Shown here one piece after another: positions 1 to 11,921 of a stretch of DNA of 64,000 bases (position 1 is its first letter; each line of letters begins with the position of its first letter). The DNA lies in the NCBI GenBank assembly GCA_965649765.1, contig OZ287749.1:38192001-38256000 (forward strand), read 5' to 3'. This DNA is from Bispira polyomma. Lineage: Eukaryota. The notes under the pieces are model-generated. The model was not told the origin of the DNA. It was given only the letters and a program-made list of their open reading frames with translations, and did no database searches. The translations under genes and the position numbers were made by a program.

Positions 1-336
1 AAAATTTATTAAACCAAATTTATTAAACTATTTTATTTTTGTTTTAAAACAATAACTACTTAAACTAAAACATGAACATAAATGTTAAAAAATAAACACT
101 ATTTTTTTTGTATTATTATTTTTTTGTATCATTAAATAAATTTGTTTTTTTAAAATGCTACAACACAAAAACTTTTAATGTCTTAAATAATAATCACTTA
201 ACTATTATGAACATCAATGGTTTTTTTTTTTTACTATCAATAAATTGACTCGGAAAAACTAAATGCTAAAATACTGAACAAAAATATTTAGTCCCGACAA
301 ACAATTTTTTTTAAATTTTCTTTTAATTGTCCAATA

Positions 337-771
337 TTAATTCATAAGTAGTTCTATAAAGTTCTGGATTTGTCCATCATTGTAGTTTTCTAATCTGTTG
401 ATAATCTCTTCCCTGGTATATTCAACAAAGGTGTACAGAGCAAAAAATGTACAATAGTGTCCACAAGCCATGGAAAATGGACTTTGCAACTGAACATCGT
501 TGTAAGTACAATTTCTGGCAAAATGCTGGAAAAACTGCATGAACTCTTTGAAGAGAGGTGGTAATCCATAGGAGTCGAAGTACAGCCCATCTCCTCGCTA
601 GTTCATACTAAGCACTACCCAGTAGGTTCCCTTTTTGTGAGAACAATCTGTGTTGTAGATAAATACACGTCTCGATTTTGGACGTCTCAGTTGGTCTCTG
701 GCAAACACACCAACATCCCATTTTTGAGGCTTGAAATTTTGCAGTAGATTTTGGAGTTATGCTGTATTCAT
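337..771 (-). pseudogene. Adenain-type (adenovirus C5-like) maturation cysteine protease, disrupted
   Basis: Motifs across frames: IYNTD..KKGTYWV (catalytic His position is Tyr), FDSYG, QLQS..SMACGHYC. Stop codon and frameshifts present. Confidence 0.85.
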
Positions 772-772
772 C

Positions 773-2117
773 TTACAGAGTAAAATCGGTCACAACGTCT
801 CTGTGACGGTCAATTTCAATGGTGTTTTTAAATTCTCCAAACACAACAATATTTAAAGTTTCTGTTAAAGCTTTCTTAAAATGGAGCTCTAGAGCAACTG
901 TGCCAGTTTTTCTCAAGTTGACATAACCTCCCCCTTCTTCTAAATCGGGTGACAAATCAAAGCATATCAATGTGTAACCCTTTTTATATTCTTCTCTGTC
1001 AATGTGATTCCCCTCGTCTTTATAGATGGTCCCCATGCCAGAAAATAGAGTCATGTAGCAATTCATGTAGTTCTCTGTGTTAAAATCTGGTTGCAGTGCC
1101 TTGCCAGGAAATGGTGTTCAGCCTACATTGAGCGCATTATGTTCCACATCAAAATGTTCAAACTGGAATGGATTCGTCTTGTAGGTTCCATTGATGGCAC
1201 TGTTCTTTAGAAATCCCAACACAATGCGTTTTGCAATTTGACCAGAATACAGGTTTTCTTCAGTGTGACTTTTGGTTTCTATTCCCACGGTAAAGGTCTT
1301 GCATTCTCCTCTGGTGATTGGATATTTAGCAGTTCCCAGTTCTAGAGCCTTTGCATGAACAGCCTGGATCACAGAGCTGATCTGTACTTTTCTGATTATC
1401 ATTTTGACACTTTCTAATTACACCTTGAAGTTGGCATCATCGGTTGGGCTGACGAGACAGAACTTGTCCTTACTTCTGGTTAAACATAACTTCATTGGGG
1501 TGTGATTCAGCAGGTAACGGTCTTAAAACATCAGGTCCAAGTCCAATTTTCCCATCATGTCAATCAGGCGACTCCCTTTAGCTAGGTCCTTTATTTTTTT
1601 GTATCCCTTGTTGGTGTCATCCAGGGAAAAGTTGTTGAAGTCTTTGTACCACATTGATGCAGTCAGTTGACTTTTTTCGCTCTCTTGTACCAAAACTTAG
1701 CAGAGATTCTATATATGCCTTGTAAGGGTAGATGTTGTTGGAGGTGGTCACTAAAGTGTCTTTCAATGTGATATCTATCTGACTGAATAAGGCATGCAGC
1801 CAAAAATTCACTGGAGCTACATCGTCAGCTGCTACAGCTGGTACGCCGGCTGCTGCGGTGACAGCGGTAGCTAAAGACTCGCCGTTTGCTTTTACAATTT
1901 TGGCTTTGACGTGAATAAAACTGTTTTTTAGATTGATGTACTCAAAATCTGATTCAGCTATTTTAAATTCAATGGTATCACTGCTGTCTTTCACCGCTGT
2001 CACAGGACCATATTCGACCCATTTTCCTTCTGCAATGCTGGTCTGAGTGAGGGGTATAGCAAACAGATCTAACTCCGTTTTGACACACTCGCAAGACAGG
2101 GGTCGAATCAGAGGCAT
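773..2117 (-). pseudogene. Major capsid protein (hexon/PY, double jelly-roll), frameshifted
   Basis: ORFs 1617-2117 (CECVKTELDLF..P.TQTSI..WVEY.PV, LFSQIDITL, YPYKAYIESLL), 1118-1402 (AKYPITR, NPFQFEHF) and 773-1066 (GYTLICFDLSPD, IEIDRHRDV) match the Polinton MCP. Confidence 0.9.
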
Positions 2118-2119
2118 GG

Positions 2120-2481
2120 TTTAGGAATATATATCTCTCCTTCTCTTTTTTTCTGGGAGGTCCTCTCTGTTTGAACCCTTTAGATTGAATGACGGGTCTT
2201 GCCCGAGGGGCATCTCTTTTATCCCTTTCCAGGTAATCCTGTGTCAAACCTACTCCTGCTGTCAAAGCCTTCTTGCCCAATGATTTTTCCAATGCAATGG
2301 CTCCTTTTTTCAACAGAGGTGCAGCTACTCGAACTAACCCTTTAAACAAGCTACCCAACCCATGTCCTCTCTGATATCTTGAACCTTGAAATCCTGGAAG
2401 GCCGCTTCCAGTTTGACTTATATAATATTCATTGTATGCCTACCGTGTGGAATTATCGCAGCAGTAGTCTTTGTGCTTCAT
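2120..2481 (-). pseudogene. Basic amphipathic virion core / membrane-active protein (adintovirus 'cupiennin-like' type)
   Basis: Manual translation MKHKDYCCDNSTR*AYNEYYISQTGSGLPGFQGSRYQRGHGLGSLFKGLVRVAAPLLKKG. QxGxG protease-cleavage-like motifs precede an amphipathic helix. Located between penton and hexon; one internal stop. Confidence 0.7.
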
Positions 2482-3223
2482 TTTTGACAAAAGTGAAGTG
2501 TCACCAATGACTTCCCACCCACAAATGGGATGATTTCACCTATGTTGTTCTTTATATTGATTTCCACTGAACCAAGACTTTCCTCATCAATGGATAATTG
2601 AATACTTGATTGTACGATGTAGTGATAATATGGCCTTTCTGGATAGGAACTATTCTAAGAAGAGGAACTTTTGCATCTCCCACTGCCACAGGTTCGATCA
2701 AATCACAATAGATGTATAGATTGTGTGTCCCATCTTGAATGTCGGATGGGTACTTAGATTTTCTATCCCCGGGTAAAAAGGGACCGGTTTTAGCAAAACC
2801 TAGAATTTCACTTAATCTTTTGGAAAGGGTTATTTTGGGCCCTGCCTGTGCTATATTAGCCGCATTATTATGTTCAGTTTTTGTAATCTGAAGACTTGTC
2901 TTTTGCGTGAATTCAATGGTACTGAACTGCACGGTAAATGGTGGCTCTGCTCCTAACCTCCATTTCACCTTTTTGTTTAAGATTCTGATCAAGTCTTCCA
3001 TGTTGTTGTAAATGCCTTCTGGAATAGGAATTTGCACATCACCCACTTGGACAAATTGATCTGAGGGGACGTTATGCCATGTTTTTGTATACTGAATTTC
3101 CATAAGTCCCACTTCCCATTCACCAACCAGTTCGTAGGGTTGAGCCAGGGGAACGATATACTCTCCTGGAGCATTCCCTACATGCTTTGTATTACTTGGT
3201 AAGTATACATAGAAGTCTTTCAT
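2478..3223 (-). pseudogene. Minor capsid protein (penton/PX), C-terminal frameshift
   Basis: FYVYLPSN, L.GEWEVGLMEIQY, LYIYCDLIEP..VGD.KVPLLRIV; the tail IPFVGGKSLVTLHF lies in another frame. Confidence 0.88.
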
Positions 3224-3285
3224 ATTGAAGTGTTCACAACAGTGTTCACATTAAATTGAATGCATCATCAAAAGTGTGAGCCTTT

Positions 3286-4003
3286 TTATACACTCTCCCA
3301 TTTATACTTCTTCAATTTTGGTTCCTTCTCTGTTGGTTCTAGCTTTGGTGGTTCCAGATCTGGTTTCAATTCTGGTTCCATTTCTGGTGACTGAAACTGA
3401 GGTCCAATTCCCAACAATGAGGCTAGAATATTAGCATCTTGTAGCTTTTGAGCAAAATAAGGCCAGCCAGTAGGCATTTTTCTTTTTTTTTCTTTGAGTT
3501 CGAATGGCTGTGTTAATTAAATCTGTAATATGTGATCCAGTAATAGGCTGATTTTCATCTGTCAAAATTTCACCTCTGTCATTCCAACATAAAGTGCCTT
3601 TTAACTTTCGATAGAGACTTCGCCCTTTACTCTATAAATATGTTATTTTCAGGTCATCTTCCAGACCTTCTGTTTTACCTGAGCTTTCAAAAGTAAAGAT
3701 GTAGGCAATGTTATTTTCAGGTCATCTTCCAGATCTTCTGTTTTACCCAGAGCTTTCAAAAGTTTTTCGCCAGGGGGAAATACTGTATCTTTTTGTTGTT
3801 GATCATAGGCCTTGAGCCGAGTCATTGACTGATTGTAAGGTTTTATTTTTTTCTGACTGTTCCATATTGGTATTTTCTAACAAGTCACCCATATCATCTT
3901 GTAATCTCACCATGGCTGTAGCTGCTGTCCCTACTGGATTTACACAGACCTTGCTACTTAACAAAGCTTTGGGAATAACAACCTTTTCAATATATTTGTT
4001 CAT
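3286..4003 (-). pseudogene. Conserved Polinton hypothetical protein, fragmented
   Basis: ORFs 3803-4003 and 3286-3477, plus an intervening frame reading LCWNDRGEILTDENQPITGSHITDLIN, a pattern I associate with Polinton conserved proteins. Confidence 0.55.
3640..3763. repeat. ~55-bp direct duplication
   Basis: atgttattttcaggtcatcttccaga(c/t)cttctgttttacc..gagctttcaaaagt at ~3640-3694 and ~3708-3763. Confidence 0.85.
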
Positions 4004-4019
4004 CGTTTGAATAATCCAA

Positions 4020-4350
4020 TCAATTTTTCAGTAATGGGGGGAATTGCTTTTGAGTCCCTAAAATAGGAGCTAGCAAGGCTGGCAAGAATCCCCCTGTTTG
4101 TAAGATATCCTTTTTTATCTTATTAGAGGTTTGTTTCTTCCTCAGCTCTCTCAGTTCTTCTTTGTGCTTTCCTAGTTTTTTTCTTTTCTATTAATCCCAG
4201 TTGAATATTTCCTTCAAGTAGATTGTGAGCACACTCAATGAAACAGTGTAAGAGAGCTTTGTCCGCACGACGTACAATATATTTTGTTGCTTTGGAATCA
4301 CCCTGGGCCAAAATCTGTAAAATATATTTATTCTTTATTACATCAGACAT
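4020..4350 (-). pseudogene. Small Polinton core protein ending in a QTGG/FLPALLAPIL motif, frameshifted
   Basis: ORF 4123-4350 (IECAHNLLEGNIQL) continues in another frame as KKDILQTGGFLPALLAPILG, a cleavage-like xxGG motif followed by a hydrophobic helix. Confidence 0.65.
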
Positions 4351-4403
4351 GTTGACTGCATGAAATTTGTCAGTAAAATGAACAACAATACTGATGTTCC
4401 CTT

Positions 4404-5463
4404 CTATTTATACTGATATCTTGTGACATCTTTAGCAGGTATCCACGAGTCGTACTTTGGTGGCCGGTGTAACCATCGTACCAAAACTTCTTTAAGGCGC
4501 CCTTTCAATTTTCGGCTCTTTAGAATTTTTTCCACTTTATAATACTTGCTGACAACAGCTTTCTGTAACTCTTTTTCGTAGAAAGTTCCTTCAATGGATT
4601 CGCCTGCATAATCATTCACTTTGTAGGTAGGATTGCGTTGAGACCAGTCTCTATTCACTATTTTAAAAAGTTCACCACTCCATCTCTGATCGTATTCCCT
4701 ACTAAATGTTTTTCTACCATGTGATATTCTGACAAGATCCCCAACATTAAATTTAAACTTCTTTTTTCTTGAAATTTTTCCTTGATGGCTCAAGTTGTTT
4801 GCCGTCACTTTGGCTGGGGCCATTTTTATAGAACGATGCACACTCCAGTTGTAAGCATTGGTAATATCTTGCAACACATCTATGTGCCTACAGGTTTGTT
4901 TGTAAGTGAAGTATTTGTAAATCTTGCCTTTGATGGTTTTAATAGGTCTCTCTGCGTAATTTGCCTTGACTTCATTTTGCGTCACAAAATGTCGAACAGA
5001 ATGCATTTTGAATAACTGCTGCACTTTATATACTGTAAATTCGTTCCTTTACCAGAGCGCATTGTTTCTGGTGTCCTTTCTTTGAAAACCAATGAGAAGG
5101 GAACAAACAACTTCATCTCCAGATTTGTTCTTCAAAGGTACTGTCCACACATACCGTGAAAATATATCTATGGCTAACAAAACAAAATGGTGACCGTCAT
5201 TGTATCGGGAAATTTTAGTCATATCCATCAGGTCAACATCCCACTGCTGATCTATACTCCCTGCAATGACTTTGTTTCTTTTAAAAGTCCTTCTTGCAGG
5301 TTTGTGCAATGTATAAGTCTCTTCTCCACTTAACCAGGATTTCACATCTGTTAGGGTCATGGACGGGTCTTCTTTTATTGCAGCCTCATAAAGCTTTTGC
5401 GGCCCAGAAAAATTAGCAGGATGGGCAGGATTAAAGTAAATTGAAGTCAAAAGTTTGTTCATT
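4404..5463 (-). pseudogene. Retroviral-type (rve/c-INT) integrase with C-terminal chromodomain, frameshifted
   Basis: IYFNPAHPANFSG, YTLHKPARR, QWDVDLMDM, AIDIFSRY, KANYAERPIKTIK, YN.SVHRSIKMAP, WSGELFKI, and a chromo-like YKVEKILK..VLVRW..YDSWIP. Confidence 0.92.
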
Positions 5464-5645
5464 CTTTCTTTTTTTATAGTGGGACTTGGCAGAGCATAAC
5501 CCAGAGATGAACACAATAATGTCAACCAAATATCTCTACCTTGATTGTTCAGAGACAAGTTGACAATGCAGGCCAAGACCACAATAATAACCAAGAATAT
5601 TTGAGCCACATATTTGATCAAAGATTTTTGACAGACATTATCCAT
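5464..5645 (-). CDS. Small two-helix membrane protein preceding (here in frame with) the integrase
   Basis: VAQIFLVIIVVLACIVNLSL...IWLTLLCSSLGYALPSP at the start of ORF 5049-5645. Confidence 0.55.
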
Positions 5646-6404
5646 CTTGCTCCTTTAAAGTTTGGTAAGTAAATGAATCATGGTGGTTGTGGTGGGAACT
5701 TATATAGGGAAGGAAAAAAATGCCAGGAGCATAGACAGCGATACTGCTCTCGTACAATTTAAAATCGCTAAAATGTAACAAAGCTCTTTCTTAATGGCTC
5801 AAGAAGACTCCACCCTGGTGAAAAAGGCGTAACACTGTGTCAGGCACACACATGGCACTGTTTTGGCCACGCTAACCCCCCCCCTTCCCATTTGAGTTTT
5901 TTTGGGGGTTAGGTACAAATCAGTTATATATATCACCTGAAAACCAAGAACTTCTAGTTACTAAAACTTTTTACAGAATGAAAATCGATGCATGCTTGGC
6001 CATGATATCTCTGTTTTAAGATAGGCATATTATGGACATATCCCTTTTTGGGGACTCCAGGAAAATCCAAGATGGTGGCTGAGTGTTAATAGAGTTAGTT
6101 GAGAAATTTGGACCCATTTAAGGGTCCTAACTTTTGGAGTTTGTAGAGGGCACACTTTTTATCAAAGTAAATGGCAATTTCATACACGGAAATCATATTC
6201 TCAGTAACATTTTACCCTATGCACACGCCATTTACTAATACTTATTAAAAACTGTGAAACTTCCAAGAAAGCTTCCATCTTTCTTCCCCCTTAGCAACCA
6301 GGAACAAACTAAACTTCAAACTGACCCAAATCCAGTTTTACAAACTCTCTCCAAATATTCCCGAAAATGACTGATGGTTGGGGTGGTTTGACATGTTTCG
6401 GACA

Positions 6405-6776
6405 AGCAGCCCCACCTGTCTGATAATAGACAACCCCACCTGTCTGGTAATAGGATACCTGGTTGGCGTTTAGTGTGCACCTACCCAATAATATGGTTCC
6501 ACCTGACTGATAATAGGGTACCTTAATAGGCTGCCCCTGGCTGGCCTTTTGTGTACACCTACCCAGTCTGGTAATAGGATACCCCTGACTGGCGTTTAGT
6601 GTGCAACCCCCGGAAATCCGGTAATAGGATACCCCTAAGTAGCGTTTAGTATGCACCTACCGGAAGTGCGCAAAAAAAGCGCATGACGTCAGTTCCGGTG
6701 CGCCAAAAATGCGCATGACGTCACTTCTGGCTCCTATTTGTGGCGTCTGGGGGAGTTCTCACTGCCCTATACTACT
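6405..6776. repeat. Polinton-1 terminal region (probable TIR) with subterminal degenerate repeats
   Basis: Recurring cccacctgtctg(a/g)taatag and ggtaataggatacc...gcgtttagt(g/a)tgca units at 6410-6660, ending in actact at 6776. The partner TIR is outside the window. Confidence 0.75.
6660..6730. promoter_or_regulatory. Cluster of CRE/ATF (TGACGTCA x2) and ETS-like (CCGGAAGT) sites near the terminus
   Basis: TGACGTCA at 6684-6691 and 6716-6723, each within a gcgcatgacgtca(g/c)ttc(c/t)gg unit; ccggaagt at 6660-6667. Confidence 0.5.
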
Positions 6777-8490
6777 TATATAGATATACAGTTTGGTCAC
6801 TTTAAATACTAGAATGTTGTTAATTTTTGGCCAGCCACATCTCAATGAAAATTTGTACAAAGACTTTTGTTTTGCTATTAGTCTAACTGATTCTTAAACA
6901 CAGGTTCCCACCTTTTCTAAATCTTCTTAAATTTTCCTCCTGAGTTGTGAATTTTTGAGAGAAGATTTTTATTAATGTATACCTGGTGGAATTTATATTT
7001 AAGAGCAAAAAAAATTAGTCTAGTGTTGAATTTAGATGAATCGAATATATACTTCTTGGTTATCATAATAAGTCTAATTATTGGGATTCTATGTTGATTT
7101 TTTAAGTGGTAATCCGTCTTTTTATTCTTAGAATTCTTGGCACAACAGGGTTATAAAGCAACTACACTAACAGGATACACCACTGTCATGAAACACTGCT
7201 TCCAAATATATGATCTAACTGCAACTGGGCTACATTATAAGTAGGTAGCTTTACTTATTAAATCAGTCTCACACAACGCCCCCTGCAGTACAAGATAAAA
7301 GGTGTTTTCTCACCAGCTACACTTCAGCAACTAATTAGACTTGTCAAAGGATTAAAGGATTCTCTGGGGCCAGGGAATATAAAGCCATCATTTTACTGGG
7401 GTTTTTCAGATTTTATAGGCTGGCAACCTTAGTACCAAACACATTATCCTAATTCCAGCCTGCTAGGTTTTCCACTGAAAACGACATAATCTGGGGTGCA
7501 CCTGAGTCACATATTCTTACCAAATGCGCCAAAAATATGCAAAAATCTGTCCAAGTACAGAGAGTACAGATAGTACAAATACCTTCCTGGTTCAATCCTT
7601 TGCATTGCATTCTAATGTTCCAGCAAATCAATCAAATAAACAACCATTGTTCAAATACACACACAAAGGTACTACAGTCAACATCACCTCCTACCAGGTG
7701 CAAGATACTAGCTACCTTGGTAACCAAGGTTAATCTCCCTGCTGCTGAATTTAGATTCCATGTTCTCCGGAAGTCTGGACCGGGGGCGTCAAGGGCATTT
7801 GACTGTAACGTCGACTAAAAACATATTAAAGTCTAGAAGGGGTTGAGGTCAGACACCATTTGGTGTAGACCGAATAATCTGTCCCTATTTAGCTAGATAT
7901 CTAGCTGGGTTTTTTGCTGACGGCCTCACAAAAAAGGAAAAAAAAACAGCCTCCATAAGGTGAACGTTGTAAATTTAAACTGATGTAACATGGCCGACAC
8001 TGTTAAACCTATGCTTGGGGTTACCTCATAAAAACACCCACAGCAGGGCCGTAGCAAAACATTTACAACACATCTAGCTAAACATAAACCAATCTAAATG
8101 TCACTACACTTTTGGTTTGGCAAATTAACTACATACATATACATCTAGACTGTAAATAATAGGGTGTAGAGTAGGGCAGTTGACTAACAATGTAGTACGA
8201 AACGCTTAGGGTTCACAAAATTGTGGTGAGCCCAACTTGAGTTGAGGTAGTCCTAACTTTAAATATATAAGGTCACCTTAAACCCACAGACCAGTGGCTT
8301 GTCACAGGTGCAGATCCATAAGTGAGCCCAAATACTAAAATTGGACAATTTTTAAGAGAGATAAGAGCATTTAAATAGTCTTTACTATGGGATACTTGTA
8401 GTATTCATATACTACACCTATTGCTGTCTACTCCATTTAGTGGAAGTGCTAATAATTGTTGACTACAATGCCTGCTTGTGATAATCTCCT

Positions 8491-9920
8491 GTGATAGCAA
8501 GTTGCCCTTTTAAGAGAAATGGAGATGCTGTTGAGGCGTGTAATGGTGAACTCTGGCTATGTAAGGACTCTAAACCCTTAACTTTCCCACTCAATAACTT
8601 ACAAGTCGCTAAACCAAGATTCCAGCCTAAAAGCAATGCTCCTCAACGTAGATGCACTGGTGTGTTCATCTCCAGACTCGCTCCTGGTACCAACTGTAAC
8701 TCCATTGAAGATCATGTACGACAAGTGGCAGGGTGTAGTGTCAAACCAGAAAAGATAAATACAAAGTTCGAATCATACTCCTCCTTTGTTATAAAGTGTC
8801 ACTATGAGACTAGAAAGCAGCTATTGAACCATATGTGTGGGATAATGGGATCCTAATTCGTGGTTACTATGATATTTAATAAACCTATGACCTAATAATG
8901 GATTCCGTAACAAACCTCCCCTGTAAAAATATTTGCATTGTATCATACAACTGTAAGTCCATAAATACCTAAATTAATCTGATTCAAGATTTATGCAGTA
9001 ATGATATAGTTCTACTTCAAGAGACATAGCTGACAAAACAGGTTATCTCCTAAAGTCCCTATCACCAGAATTTAATGGTGAAGGAAACTACTGTGTTGAG
9101 CTTAGTACTGGACCCATCAAGGGAAGACCGTATGGTGGCCTTGCAGTGCTCTGGAAGATTAGAGATTGATTACAGTGGTGGTGGGAAACGGTTGCTTCTA
9201 AACTGCTATTTATCCTATGAATCAAATTCTAACTATGAATCATTTTGCGAGTACATTGGAAAATTGTGTTCTAGGATTAGTACATTTAAATTTCATCATG
9301 TGGTAGCAGTAGGTGACTTTAATGCTGACCTTTCATATTTATTGGAGCATAATACAGAGTTAAAGAAAACTAAATTTGGTGAATTTTTGTGAACATGAGA
9401 ATCTTGTTATAAATGATTATATTCATCTTAAAGACGAAGTAAGTGTACATACTTTTGTTAGTGATATTCATGATATTGTGAGTTGGTTAAGCCATTGTAT
9501 ATCAATTCCCAGTGCAGCTCATTAAATCAAGAATATTACAATATTTGATTGATATGTGTGTTCTGATCATCTCCCTATGTGTATTTCCATGAAATATAAA
9601 CATGTAAAATTATGGAGCGAACAAAATCCTATGTTAAAACCCAGTCTGAATTGGAAAAGGCTGACTAGACATGATGTAGATAGCTACAAAAATAATACTG
9701 ACTATCTATTAAAAACTGTAAAAATACCACATTCTGTTTATTGTCATAATCCTAAATGTATGGATGAGAACCACAGTACTGACATTACTAGAGTGCCAGT
9801 GCTCCATTTGTTAATTCCAGGTTGAAACTCTGTGTGCAAAATGCTCATAACTATAGGGAAGCTTTTGTTATGGGTAAGCCTAAGTTTGGTTCAATATATG
9901 AACTATACAAAAAAGCTTGT
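8491..9920 (+). mobile_element. CR1/L2-group LINE relic (ORF1 C-terminus and APE endonuclease, no RT)
   Basis: ORF1-like VFISRLAPGT...FESYSSFVI. Broken APE motifs SYNCKS, IVLLQET*L, GRPYGGLAVLW, VGDFNAD, SDHLP. Confidence 0.75.
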
Positions 9921-11921
9921 TGTAGAAGTTACGCAGCACTTTGTGATAGCTAGAGGAGTCCACACCTTAAAACCAATAGACCATCACCGCTCATTTTCCC
10001 AATAATGGAATGTTCCATTTAAAGCGCTGTGGTATGAAATGAAAACCCGATGTTTCAGGGTCAGCTGTGTCATTCAAGTGTTGCTAAAGAGAGTGCTGCT
10101 TCATTGGAATCTGATATTTATGCTTAATATGGCTTTATAACCGTATATTAGGGGGATGTACTCTATTTTTATCCACACATCACATGCATCTTTCTTTACT
10201 ATATTGTGAAATTTGTTTAAATATTTAAAGTATGTACCTCTTCCTTACAAGCATAAAGTGCAGAATCCTCTTTCATTTTCAGAAAATCAGACAATTATTT
10301 AAGACTATTGTAGAATTGGACTAAAACATAGCCATAAAGACTGGATATTGTAAGCGATGCAACGCTGTGCACACAAGACCCGTGGGACGGCAGTGCAAGT
10401 TGAATATCACTGTTTCCACCACGCCTGTAACCAGAAGAAGAAGAAGAACTCAACCAGGAGCCTGGGAAGTGACTAAGAAAGTCCTGTAACAGAGCGACAG
10501 AACAGAAACCCCGACCGGGGAGCACCTGTAGGTGACAAAAAAAAAAAATAAAAAAATAATCCTTGACAAGTTGCAGCAACTGGAGAGTGACGTTAAGAAG
10601 GAGCAGGGTGTGAGAAAAAGATATGTCCTCTCATAACTCTTCAGTGTGTCAAGGTTATCGAGCTGACACAGGAGTTGTGAATGAATTTTATGTGTCTGAA
10701 ACTGAAACCCTACACAGGAGGAAGTGAAATCCCCACTATGATCTGGATTGTGCAACAAAGTATGATCACATGGTGGTGGACGATGTCACTCTGCCGAGCC
10801 AGCATTTTCTGAAGTCTAACAACATGATCCAGGCACAGGTGAACTGCAGGCTGCAACAGAATATATCGCAGTACCTTACGTCGCCTGAAAGCAGTAAAAA
10901 ACTAAAATCAGGGTTACAAAGGACAAATGAACATTCAGTTAATTATATAATAAATTGGTCCTATGAACTCTGTTTTAATGCCACTGGTAAAAAGCAACCA
11001 TCCCATCAGAATCTCACTCCTTTTAATGTTTTTTCAAGGGTAGTTGGGTTGTGTTTTTTAAGGGTAGGACACCAAGGTGCGTGACAATATGCTGCAATAT
11101 GGGATGCAGTTAATAGGGGATGGGCTTGAAACTTCATGGTTCACAGTAAAAAGCGCACATTGTGAGGTGTTGCTTGAAACTGAAAAGGGTAAGGCCAGTT
11201 TGAGTAACCTCAGTAAAATTCACGACCCAAGGGCCCGTTTAACACAACGTAATGTTAAAGATGCCTCTGGTAGTGAAATACCCCAGGGTAGCAATGGTGC
11301 CCAAAAATTAAAACCTAAATGTTCTGTGCTCATGTGTATTGCGTACAATAAAGGCACATACAGTCAATATGATGACCATGTATTTGGCAGTATGAATTTA
11401 AAGAATGCCTGCTCCAGTTCTGGTCAAAATTGGGATAAAAGTCTAAATGCATATGAGAGCAGAAATTTTATAAATATTACATTCTACCGAAGGTAACCAT
11501 AAATCTGCTATAGAATTCGATAAAGATGTAACTCTGTATGTGGAGGAAGAAGTACAACATGGGGCCATTATGGGCCCCTTTGATGAACCGCATACCAGTA
11601 CAAATATCACTCTTTATGACTCGTGATCAACCTAATTCAACACTAGAAAAACAATCATAGATTTAAGCTGGCCAAAAGGGCATTTGGTAAATGATGGAGT
11701 CGATAAGACCTTGTATCTGGGAACAACCTTCAGTGGACGATATAGTAAACAGATTAAAACTCTAAGGTCAAGGAGCGTTACTGTATAAGGTGGCGTAAGC
11801 CAAGCTTTCAGGCACGTCCTCATAAACTGGTATATATTAACTTATTGGGCCTAAAACAACAAGATAAATACTATATAGGCATCTTCCCTTCGGCGACAGG
11901 CATGGGAGCCAAATATTTCAT

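Larger units (their letters stand above)
1..6776 (-). mobile_element. Polinton/Maverick (adintovirus-like) element 1, one arm only, decayed
   Basis: Co-oriented integrase, penton, hexon and adenain remnants. Minus-strand terminus 5'-AGTAGTATAGGGCAG (actact at 6771-6776) with subterminal repeats. pPolB and ATPase are not in the window. Confidence 0.92.

Noticed and set aside
6309-6656. 115-aa ORF with repeated YYQ(T/S)GG resembling adenain cleavage sites
   Set aside because: It coincides with the subterminal DNA repeats and is most simply their chance translation.
7449-7818. Overlapping short ORFs
   Set aside because: No recognisable motifs; likely non-coding.
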